Position numbers and translations under genes: made by a program
DNA from: a candidate division WWE3 bacterium UBA1401
GTDB lineage: Bacteria; Patescibacteriota; WWE3; UBA101185; UBA10185
DNA length: 64,000 nt
NCBI GenBank assembly: GCA_002305115.1
Contig: DBQF01000001.1
Location: forward strand, 373,767 to 437,766
Direction: 5' to 3'
Part shown: positions 45,308 through 52,687 of the stretch, piece after piece
How positions within the stretch are numbered: the first letter of the stretch is position 1
Layout: each line of letters opens with the position of its first letter
Notes under the pieces: model-generated
What the model was told of the DNA's origin: nothing
What the model saw: the letters and a program-made list of their open reading frames with translations, nothing else
Database searches by the model: none

Positions 45308-47266
45308 ATGGATCAATCAAAATTCTGGCATGAAGGCACTTTAGGGGATACCCAATCCCCGGTTAATAAAGGGTTTGTGCCACACCAATTATCAAACTCA
45401 GGAGGAAAACGTATGCCTAAGACTTTAGTTAAAGTAGCAGGTATTTTTGGAATACTAGCTGCGGTTGTTTTTATTGCTGCCTACATCTTTATTCTACGCC
45501 CCGCCCAGGCAGTAATGGCTAAAGCTAAAATTTTAAAAGCAGATATGGGTAGAGTACAACAGGCTTTTGTTGATAGGGACTTGATTACAGTAGAAGCTGC
45601 CCTAATCGATGCCCAGACTCATTTAGAAGATGTAAAGACTTCTAGAAATGAAAACTTGGCCTGGATGGCGAAGTTCGGTTTTACCAAACCTTATTACCAA
45701 GATACTGACTATTTTATAAACGCTGGTTTTTATGGTATTAAAGCTGCCCAAGAAGCCATTAACCTTATGAAGCCCTTTGCCGATGCTGCTGGGCTTAGAG
45801 TATCTACTGAACAAGAAGTACAGGAAACCAGCTTAATAGAAGCATTTTCCAACTGGATTGCAGTTATGCCTGCTGTAGCCGAAGACCTAGATGTAGTTAT
45901 TGCCGAATTAACCAAAGCAGGTGATGAGCTTGAAAAAGTTGATACTGCCAAGTATCCGGAAACCATTAGAGGTACTGAAGTTCGAGCTAGTATAGAAATG
46001 GCTCAAGCGCTACTTTCAGATTTAAATAGCGCTGCGCCAGACATTAAGGAAGCTTTAACTATTGTTCCAGGGCTTTTAGGAGTTAGTTCCGGTGAAAAAA
46101 GGTATATGATTATTATGCAGAATGACAAGGAAATCAGGCCTACCGGTGGCTTCTGGACAAACTATGCTACTTTTAAGATTAATAACGCAATGTTAACCTC
46201 CGATTTTTCTTCCAAAGATATGTATAGCATCGATCTCGCGCTAGAGAAAATTGATGCCTACTATGACTTTCCGGATGCCCCCGCGCCTTATGCTCGATAT
46301 CTTAAAGTGGAGCACTGGTTTGCCAGGGACACTAACAGTTCACCAGACTTTCCAACTTCAGTAGATCAGTTTATGACTTTCTACAACATGGCCGGTACAG
46401 TTGACCCGGTTGAAATCAAGCCTGTAAATGGTGTGTTTGCTATTGACACCCAGGTTATTAAGGAGCTTTTGGAAGTAACCGGCCCTGTAACTGTAAATGG
46501 TGTTACATATAGTTCCGACAATGTGGTCCTTGAGCTTGAACGTATAGCCAGCCTTACTCTAAGTGAGCAGGTAGGTAGAAAAAGAGTGCTTGGTGATCTG
46601 ATGGAGGCTATGCTGGTTAATTTGTTTGAATCCGACAAGAATTTATGGCCCAAACTTATTGAAAAGGGTGCAGATTTAGCTACCAGAAAGCACGTGCTTA
46701 TTTATTTCTTTGACCCCGCTGCCCAAGCTCTTGTGGAGAAATACAATTTGGCAGGCCGAATTGATAATACACATACCGGTGATTATGCTTATGTAGTTTC
46801 CACTAACCTTGGCGGTGATAAGACTAATTGGTTTGTAACCAAAGATGTAGAACACATATTAGCCAAAGAAGGTGCCCGCTATGTCAGGACTGTGTCAGTT
46901 ACCTACAATTATCCTCAGCCCGCTGCAGAGTATGGCCCGTTTGTGAAAAAGTTTAGAGATTGGGTAAGGGTTTATGTACCACAAGGTTCTGAACTTATTA
47001 GTGTAGAAGGTTCTTCCGATAGTTTTGATGGTGGGTTAGAAAGAGGCCGTACTTACTTTGATGGCTTTATTGAATTAGCCCCTACAGAAACGGCCAAGGT
47101 AGTATTTAAGTACTACTTACCTGATGGTGTAATCCCCAATGGTAATTATAGTTTGTACATTCAGAAACAGCCTGGTATAAATACAGAAACGCACGTAGTG
47201 CGTATTGGAGATTCTACAAAAGAGTTTGAGCTTGCTAAAGACGTTAAATACAATGCCAAGATATAA
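45308..47266 (+). CDS. DUF4012-like secreted/membrane-anchored protein
   Basis: 652 aa with an N-terminal anchor (VAGIFGILAAVVFIAAYIFIL). The core RYMIIMQNDKEIRPTGGFWTNYATF matches the DUF4012 signature (Q-N-x-x-E-x-R-x-x-G-G-F), recalled from memory. Confidence 0.7.
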   Translation: MDQSKFWHEGTLGDTQSPVNKGFVPHQLSNSGGKRMPKTLVKVAGIFGILAAVVFIAAYIFILRPAQAVMAKAKILKADMGRVQQAFVDRDLITVEAALIDAQTHLEDVKTSRNENLAWMAKFGFTKPYYQDTDYFINAGFYGIKAAQEAINLMKPFADAAGLRVSTEQEVQETSLIEAFSNWIAVMPAVAEDLDVVIAELTKAGDELEKVDTAKYPETIRGTEVRASIEMAQALLSDLNSAAPDIKEALTIVPGLLGVSSGEKRYMIIMQNDKEIRPTGGFWTNYATFKINNAMLTSDFSSKDMYSIDLALEKIDAYYDFPDAPAPYARYLKVEHWFARDTNSSPDFPTSVDQFMTFYNMAGTVDPVEIKPVNGVFAIDTQVIKELLEVTGPVTVNGVTYSSDNVVLELERIASLTLSEQVGRKRVLGDLMEAMLVNLFESDKNLWPKLIEKGADLATRKHVLIYFFDPAAQALVEKYNLAGRIDNTHTGDYAYVVSTNLGGDKTNWFVTKDVEHILAKEGARYVRTVSVTYNYPQPAAEYGPFVKKFRDWVRVYVPQGSELISVEGSSDSFDGGLERGRTYFDGFIELAPTETAKVVFKYYLPDGVIPNGNYSLYIQKQPGINTETHVVRIGDSTKEFELAKDVKYNAKI

Positions 47267-47918
47267 CACTGCGTGTATAGTTTTGAGGTCAATACAGTAT
47301 AAAGATGCGGATAAAATTTATACCTTATATTCTAAGGACAGGGGTAAGATTTCTGCTATCGCTAAGGGAGTTAGAAAAATTTCCTCAAAAAGATCTGGCT
47401 CCCTGGACACACTCAATCATGTGGTGGTAGGGCTATGTGAAGGTACTTCCGAGCTTAAAGTCATAACAGAAACCCAACCAGTTAATTGTTTTGGTAGCAT
47501 AAAGGCTTCTCTGGAAAAGGCAGCTTCAGGTTATTACCTTTCCGAATTAATGTATAGATTTATTGAAGAAGATATAGCCGACCCTAAACTGTTTGCTTTG
47601 TTGCTTAATACTCTTACTAAGTTAGATAATGCTACTGAAGGATTTGATAAGCTTATTAATTCTTTTGAAGTTAATTTCATGCAGCTGTTGGGTTATAAGT
47701 TGAACTTTAAGGAGTGTGTGTTTTGCGGCGCTGCTTATTCAAGAGACTGGTCACATCCTTATTTTAACTTTGAGTTAGGGGGGTTGTGTTGTCCGCACTG
47801 TAAGGATAAGGGCATAGCCATGTCTTCCAAGAATTTTAATGGTTTACTCAAGACTTTTATGGGAGATAAGCTTGATACAGATTTAGGCAAGTTTAAATCT
47901 TTAGCGCTGCAAGGTTAG
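47253..47918 (+). CDS. recO: DNA repair protein RecO
   Basis: ATG 47253 gives MPRYNTACIVLRSIQYKDADKIYTLYSKDRGKISAIAKG, a typical RecO OB-fold N-terminus. The C-terminal zinc motif is CVFCG...CCPHC. The track start 47205 is probably too far upstream. Confidence 0.8.
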   Translation: MPRYNTACIVLRSIQYKDADKIYTLYSKDRGKISAIAKGVRKISSKRSGSLDTLNHVVVGLCEGTSELKVITETQPVNCFGSIKASLEKAASGYYLSELMYRFIEEDIADPKLFALLLNTLTKLDNATEGFDKLINSFEVNFMQLLGYKLNFKECVFCGAAYSRDWSHPYFNFELGGLCCPHCKDKGIAMSSKNFNGLLKTFMGDKLDTDLGKFKSLALQG

Positions 47919-47919
47919 C

Positions 47920-49137
47920 TTATCTTTGGAAAGCGCCGGTTTTTTGCTTGTCTGCTACTAATACTCTTGCCGGAAAAATAGTAAAACTACCGAATCTGTC
48001 ATTGATACTATCTTGCAAATTAACTAGTTTGTATAATTTTTCGTTGCCAAATAGCTCCAGCTGCCGCAGATCTGCGTTTTCTAAGTTTGAAACATGCACA
48101 CCCACCAGTCTTATGGGTTTTTCCGGGCGGAATTTTAGCAACAAGTTTTTAACTGTGTCGCTTAATTCTTTGCCGCTATTTATGTGCTTTTTTAGAGTTA
48201 TACGCTCTGTTAAAAATTTGCCTTTATGTTCCCGTAGGGATACTACAATAGTTTTACCTTTTAAATTCTTTTTTCTCAGGCGCGTGCCTGCCATTTCTGC
48301 CAATTTTTGCAAATTAGAGTCGAGTACTGCCAGATCTTTGGTAGGTTTAGTTAGGGTATGTTGATGGCTGACTGATTTGACTTGTGGTTTGTCTTCTAAT
48401 TTTTTAACTGTGTTATCTCCTAGCCCAAAGCTTAAATTTTTTAAAAAGTGTGCCCGGAATGGACCAAATTCTGTTTCCAGAGCGAAATAAGGTGTGGCGC
48501 GTATGTCTGATAAGCTTGTAATACCTAGTAGTGCCAACCTTTCCTGAGTTCTAGAACCTAGGCCGCAAAAGTCTGTAATCTTAAGGGTGTCTATGGTTTG
48601 AAAAAGGTTTTCCGGAGTTACTTTGTAGAAGCCATTGGGTTTATTTATTTCGGAAGCAACCTTTGCCAGTAATTTATTAGGTGCGGCTCCCACAGAGCAG
48701 GTGACTATTTCGCCGAAGTTATCTCGAATATCTTGTTTTATTTGGGAAGCAATGGCCTCGGGGGTTTTAAAAAATTTTAAAGTGTGTGTAACATCCAGAA
48801 ATGCTTCGTCTATGCTGAATATTTCAATTAGGTCTGTATAGTTTTGGAAGATTTTGATAGTTTCTTTGTGGATGTAGTTGTATTTGGCGAAGTTGCCGGG
48901 CACGGCTATGATAGTAGGACAGACTTTGATGGCTTCGAAATAGGGCATGCCGGTTTTGACACCTAGTTTTTTGGCTTGAATGGAAGCAGCGGAGGCTATG
49001 CCTTTTTTGATGTCGTATCCGGTAATCATGATGGGTTTGTTGCGCAGGAAGGGGTTGGCTTGTTGTTCTACAGAGGCAAAGAAGCTGTCATAGTCTATGT
49101 GGAGGATGGTTTTAGTTCCCAAGTTTGGAATAGACAT
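47920..49137 (-). CDS. dinB: DNA polymerase IV (Y-family)
   Basis: ILHIDYDSFFASVEQ, SIDEAFLDVT and an HhH region (CGLGSRTQERLALLGI), in a 405 aa protein. Confidence 0.9.
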   Translation of the reverse strand: MSIPNLGTKTILHIDYDSFFASVEQQANPFLRNKPIMITGYDIKKGIASAASIQAKKLGVKTGMPYFEAIKVCPTIIAVPGNFAKYNYIHKETIKIFQNYTDLIEIFSIDEAFLDVTHTLKFFKTPEAIASQIKQDIRDNFGEIVTCSVGAAPNKLLAKVASEINKPNGFYKVTPENLFQTIDTLKITDFCGLGSRTQERLALLGITSLSDIRATPYFALETEFGPFRAHFLKNLSFGLGDNTVKKLEDKPQVKSVSHQHTLTKPTKDLAVLDSNLQKLAEMAGTRLRKKNLKGKTIVVSLREHKGKFLTERITLKKHINSGKELSDTVKNLLLKFRPEKPIRLVGVHVSNLENADLRQLELFGNEKLYKLVNLQDSINDRFGSFTIFPARVLVADKQKTGAFQR

Positions 49138-49366
49138 TTACTACCCTCCAGGTTAGGTCTTTGGTATTAAATGTTAGTTCGTAGGCTTCGGTTTGGGTGG
49201 AAACGGAGAAGTGGACTATTTTGGTGTTGCCGATAGTTTCGTGGAAGGTGAAGTTTAGGCTGGTGAGTTTGATGGTTTTGTTGTTCCAGGTGAAGGTTAA
49301 AGGGAGGGTTTTGCCGTTTTGGAAGAGGACGAGGGTTTTGATGGGTTCGTTGAGGGTGGTTACCAT
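49112..49366 (-). CDS. hypothetical 84-aa protein overlapping the dinB start
   Basis: The ORF overlaps the dinB start by 26 nt. The sequence looks beta-rich (TLPLTFTWNNKTIKLTSLNFTFHE...ELTFNTKDLTWRV). On the minus strand, TAACAT lies 6 nt before its ATG. No family was recognised. Confidence 0.45.
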   Translation of the reverse strand: MVTTLNEPIKTLVLFQNGKTLPLTFTWNNKTIKLTSLNFTFHETIGNTKIVHFSVSTQTEAYELTFNTKDLTWRVVNVYSKLGN

Positions 49367-49408
49367 GGTGTTATGTTACCCGAAGGCGACCCGAAGAGTC
49401 AAGGGGGC

Positions 49409-49441
49409 AAAAAGCCAATGGACGACAGGTTATCCATTGGC
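49409..49441 (-). terminator. rho-independent-type terminator on the minus strand
   Basis: The minus strand reads GCCAATGGA-taacctgtcg-TCCATTGGC-TTTTTGCC, a 9-bp perfect stem (49414-22/49433-41) followed by T5. Confidence 0.5.
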
Positions 49442-49524
49442 TTTCCAAGGCCTACTGTTCAGCGATGTAACTTTGGATGAATTCCTTGCGGGTCTCATCA
49501 CAGAGCTCATCGTTCTTTCTTTAC

Positions 49525-50106
49525 AGGAAACCCAGCATAAGCGAGCTGCGGGGACAGGAGCGACGAGCGCAATGCTGGGATGAATGGGCAGATCACGAAG
49601 TGATATGCTGTAAACATGAGAACAAGGAGTTTGAATCACAGTGTTTACGAAATCCAATACCATTTGGTATGGGGAGTAAAGTATAGAAGAAAAATACTCA
49701 AGAGTTACGTAAAACCTGAATTAGTAAAATCAATCAGAAAATTACAACAAACATATCCCACTTGGTTTATACATAAAATTAATACTAACCTCGATCATGT
49801 CCACTTACTTATTGAAATCCCCCCTGACGTCAGTGTCTCCGAAGTAGTACAGAAAATTAAAATCCAAACCAGCAAAGACTTAAGATCTAAATTTAACTTT
49901 ATTAACAAAATCTTCACAAAAAGTGGGATATGGTCCGTTGGGTACTTCGCCTCTACGGTTGGCCTAAAAGAAGCTAAGATTATGCAATACATCACATACC
50001 AAAGTGCTCATGACTTTGGTAATGACGCATCCTCATTGTTCTCATGAGTCGCGGAGCGGAGGAAACCCCGTATAAGGAGCGTTAGCGACGCAATGCGGGG
50101 AGGACG
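49525..50106 (+). mobile_element. minimal IS200/IS605-family element (tnpA only); boundaries approximate
   Basis: A Y1 HuH transposase gene is flanked by imperfect direct repeats at 49526-49585 and 50061-50105. Both begin GGAAACCC and contain GCGACG..CAATGC. Each has a hairpin (CCCAGC/GCTGGG and CCCCG/CGGGG), with a compensatory A:T to C:G change between them. TTAC lies at 49521-24 just upstream. No inverted terminal repeats are present, as expected for this family. Confidence 0.65.
49616..50047 (+). CDS. tnpA: IS200/IS605-family Y1 (HuH) transposase TnpA
   Basis: 143 aa with YEIQYHLVWGVKYRRKIL, the HuH motif DHVHLLIEIPP, and a C-terminal catalytic-Tyr region MQYITYQ. Confidence 0.9.
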   Translation: MRTRSLNHSVYEIQYHLVWGVKYRRKILKSYVKPELVKSIRKLQQTYPTWFIHKINTNLDHVHLLIEIPPDVSVSEVVQKIKIQTSKDLRSKFNFINKIFTKSGIWSVGYFASTVGLKEAKIMQYITYQSAHDFGNDASSLFS

Positions 50107-50463
50107 TCATTTATATTTCTGGCAGTAGAAGTACCAGAATTTGGCAGCCATCTCGCCTCCCTGCAGAAACAGTTTGACATACCGTTCTCCTGCTGTCATG
50201 CTGATTTCCGCTGGGATTTCCGGATGTTCATCAATAATGGTGGCAAGTTTGTCGGCGTACAATTCAGCGGGAAACTCCCCTGCCAATTCCAGTTCCTGCT
50301 GGTTCTGCACGGCCACTACGGTGGCAATGGGTTCTGGGGCGGGGAGGCACACGCCTTGTGCTTCTACTGGCTCTGCTGGCGATGCCTCGCCGCAGCCCTG
50401 TGTTGCCACGGGCGCCACGAAAACCACGAGAACTAATAGCATTATTCTGCATGCGGTCACCAT
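50107..50463 (-). CDS. GC-rich orphan gene for a small secreted protein (possibly a lipoprotein)
   Basis: 118 aa. The N-terminus MVTACRIMLLVLVVFVAPVATQGCGE is a signal peptide followed by Cys, but the lipobox is non-canonical. On the minus strand, SD AAAGGAAG precedes the ATG. It is markedly GC-richer than its surroundings, and three other track ORFs overlap it as GC artefacts. Confidence 0.55.
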   Translation of the reverse strand: MVTACRIMLLVLVVFVAPVATQGCGEASPAEPVEAQGVCLPAPEPIATVVAVQNQQELELAGEFPAELYADKLATIIDEHPEIPAEISMTAGERYVKLFLQGGEMAAKFWYFYCQKYK

Positions 50464-50586
50464 TGCTCGCTTCCTTTCCTAGGTGAGAGGAGGACACTAC
50501 AACACCAATTGCTCTATTGTAGCACTATAGGTAAAGTTTTGGAATAAAGTGACAGATATGGGCTGAAATATTATAATGATCCAAAT

Positions 50587-51960
50587 ATGGAAGACCTGAA
50601 CAAAAAACTAATCAGCTTATCAAAGCGCCGCGGTTTCGTGTTTCCCGGTTCCGAAATATATGGTGGGCTAGCCAACACCTACGACTATGGCCCTTTGGGT
50701 GCCGAAATGCTTCGAAATATCCAGAATTCCTGGTGGCAATTCTTTGTACGCAAAAGACCAGATATTTTAGGTTTAGATTCCAGTATCTTAATGTCTCCCA
50801 AAGTTTGGGAAGCCTCCGGCCACACAGCCTCTTTTACAGATGTACTAATAGATTGCAAGTCTTGCCAAGGAAGATTCAGAGCAGATCACATTATTGAAGA
50901 CTATATGGAAGCAAAGGGCGAAGAAGCCAAAGTAGAAGGTAAAACTCCAGAAGAACTTGCAAAAATTATCGAGGCCTATAAAATCCCATGTCCTAACTGT
51001 GCAGCTTTTGACTGGACAAAGCCCCGAACATTTAACTTACTGTTTGAAACTCACATCGGTATTGTTCCCGAAAACCAGAACTTAGCTTACTTAAGAGGAG
51101 AAATTGCCCAAGGTATGTTTGTGAACTTCAAAAACGTTTTAGATACTATGCGCCCGAAGCTGCCGTTTGGTATTGCCCAAGCAGGTAAGGCTTTTAGAAA
51201 TGAAATAACGTTGGGTAACTTTATTTTTAGAACTTTGGAGTTTAATTTGGCTGAGTTTGAATACTTTTTTAACCCGGATAAAACAGATTGGGAAAAATTA
51301 TTTGAAGACTTTAAGCAAACAATTAAGGAATGGGTTACTTCTTTGGGCATTGAATCCTCGAAATTGCGATGGAGACCTCACACGCCCGATGAGCTGGTTT
51401 TCTATTCAAAACGTACAGAAGATTTGGAATTTGAGTTTCCTTTTGGTTTTAAGGAAATGTGCGCTGTTGCTTACAGAACCGATTATGATCTTCGAAATCA
51501 TATGGAAAAATCCGGAGTTGATTTAAGATACACAGATCCTGAAACCGGAGAGAAGTTTATTCCACATGTTGTGGAACCTACTTTTGGATTGAGCCGTGTA
51601 TTCTATGCGCTTTTGGCGAATGGCTATAGTGAAGATGGCGATAGGGTAGTGTTGAAACTACATCCTGATATTGCCCCGTACCGTGTGGCAGTATTTCCGC
51701 TAGTTCGTAATAAAGAAGATATTGTTAATAAGGCAAAGAATGTGTTTGATGCGTTGGTGGATAAGGGAGTTTCTGCTGCTTGGGATGATAGGGGAAATAT
51801 AGGTAAGCGCTATTTGAGCCAAGATGAGATTGGTACGCCGTATTGTGTGACGGTTGATTATCAGACGTTGGAAGATGACACTGTGACTGTTCGTGATAGA
51901 GATACCACGAAGCAAACTCGTGTGCCCATTGCCGATTTGCCTAGGGTTGTTTTGAGTTGA
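50587..51960 (+). CDS. glyQS: glycine--tRNA ligase (dimeric class II type)
   Basis: LSKRRGFVFPGSEIYGGLANTYDYGPLGAEMLRNI is the diagnostic GlyQS N-terminus, in a 457 aa protein. TATAAT lies 9 nt upstream of the ATG. Confidence 0.92.
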   Translation: MEDLNKKLISLSKRRGFVFPGSEIYGGLANTYDYGPLGAEMLRNIQNSWWQFFVRKRPDILGLDSSILMSPKVWEASGHTASFTDVLIDCKSCQGRFRADHIIEDYMEAKGEEAKVEGKTPEELAKIIEAYKIPCPNCAAFDWTKPRTFNLLFETHIGIVPENQNLAYLRGEIAQGMFVNFKNVLDTMRPKLPFGIAQAGKAFRNEITLGNFIFRTLEFNLAEFEYFFNPDKTDWEKLFEDFKQTIKEWVTSLGIESSKLRWRPHTPDELVFYSKRTEDLEFEFPFGFKEMCAVAYRTDYDLRNHMEKSGVDLRYTDPETGEKFIPHVVEPTFGLSRVFYALLANGYSEDGDRVVLKLHPDIAPYRVAVFPLVRNKEDIVNKAKNVFDALVDKGVSAAWDDRGNIGKRYLSQDEIGTPYCVTVDYQTLEDDTVTVRDRDTTKQTRVPIADLPRVVLS

Positions 51961-51971
51961 TTATTAGTAGT

Positions 51972-52453
51972 ATGAGTGAATTATCTATAGAAGAACTTCT
52001 TGACGAAATAACTATTTGTGACGAACGTTCAGATGATCATGGTTCTTCTGTTGAATATAAGCGAGAATCACTAAATCCCATTTTAGAGACTGTTACTTCT
52101 GATAACTGGACCACATTTTTCCCTGAAAGCCGTCTATCCCCCGATAGAGTAAAAGAGCTAGATAACGGGTCTTTATATCTGAGAGTTGCGTTAGATCCTG
52201 ATAATAAAAACGTTGCAGGGTTTATTGAAGTACGACGAAATCAAGACAATGGATTAACAGTTGAAGTATCAAAAGACTTTCAGAGGCGTGGCGTGGCAAC
52301 TACACTAATTACACAAGCTCAAAAGATCACGATAGTTTGCAGTTACTAAATATGGCTGGTGCTGTAGGTGAGGCACTATATCGTAAATTAGGCTTTGTTC
52401 CTGAAGGTGTTACTGATCACTTTGTTTGGAGAAAAAGTCACCCGCTCCCATGA
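51972..52453 (+). pseudogene. GNAT-family N-acetyltransferase interrupted by a 1-nt frameshift (or an assembly error in an A-run)
   Basis: Frame 3 reads ...VSKDFQRRGVATTLITQAQKITIVCSY*, where RRGVA is the GNAT motif A. Frame 2, open from 52265, continues KDHDSLQLLNMAGAVGEALYRKLGFVPEG...*, which is the GNAT C-terminus ending at 52453. The junction is at CAAAAG (52320-25). Confidence 0.6.
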
Positions 52454-52612
52454 AAGCTTTAGTTGACTTTTAGAGGTCTAACTTCAGATATGGCCATAAT
52501 TTCACCATTACCCCAGTAAGATTATTTTTCATACTCCTATAGTATTGGGGGTGGTCCTTTATGACAAATGGATATTTTGTTATGCTGTTGGTCTCGAGTG
52601 CCTGCCCTGCTT

Positions 52613-52687
52613 GGGACGGTCCCCGATTTAAATGGCTGGTTTGTTATTGTACCGAATTGGATCATCAGTCCTTACCAGGACGGTCCT
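52613..52687. repeat. two copies of an 11-bp palindrome, (G/A)GGACGGTCC(C/T), with centres 64 bp apart in the non-coding region upstream of mraZ
   Basis: GGGACGGTCCC lies at 52613-52623 and AGGACGGTCCT at 52677-52687. Function is unknown. Confidence 0.45.

Noticed and set aside
47948-48841. Plus-strand ORFs 47948..48364 (138 aa) and 48635..48841, antisense to dinB
   Set aside because: dinB on the minus strand has unambiguous Y-family polymerase motifs, and the antisense products have no features.
49197-49686. Track ORFs 49197..49583(+), 49430..49663(-) and 49477..49686(+), spanning the dinB-upstream ORF, the terminator and the IS left end
   Set aside because: They cross structural elements (the terminator hairpin and the IS end repeat) in GC-rich non-coding DNA and have no protein-like features.
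50141-50497. Three alternative ORFs (113, 70 and 77 aa) overlapping the GC-rich secreted-protein gene
   Set aside because: They are Arg/Gly/Ser/Cys-rich GC artefacts. Only the 118-aa minus-strand ORF has a signal peptide and an SD. A canonical lipobox assignment was also rejected, because T-Q-G-C does not fit L-[AS]-[GA]-C well.
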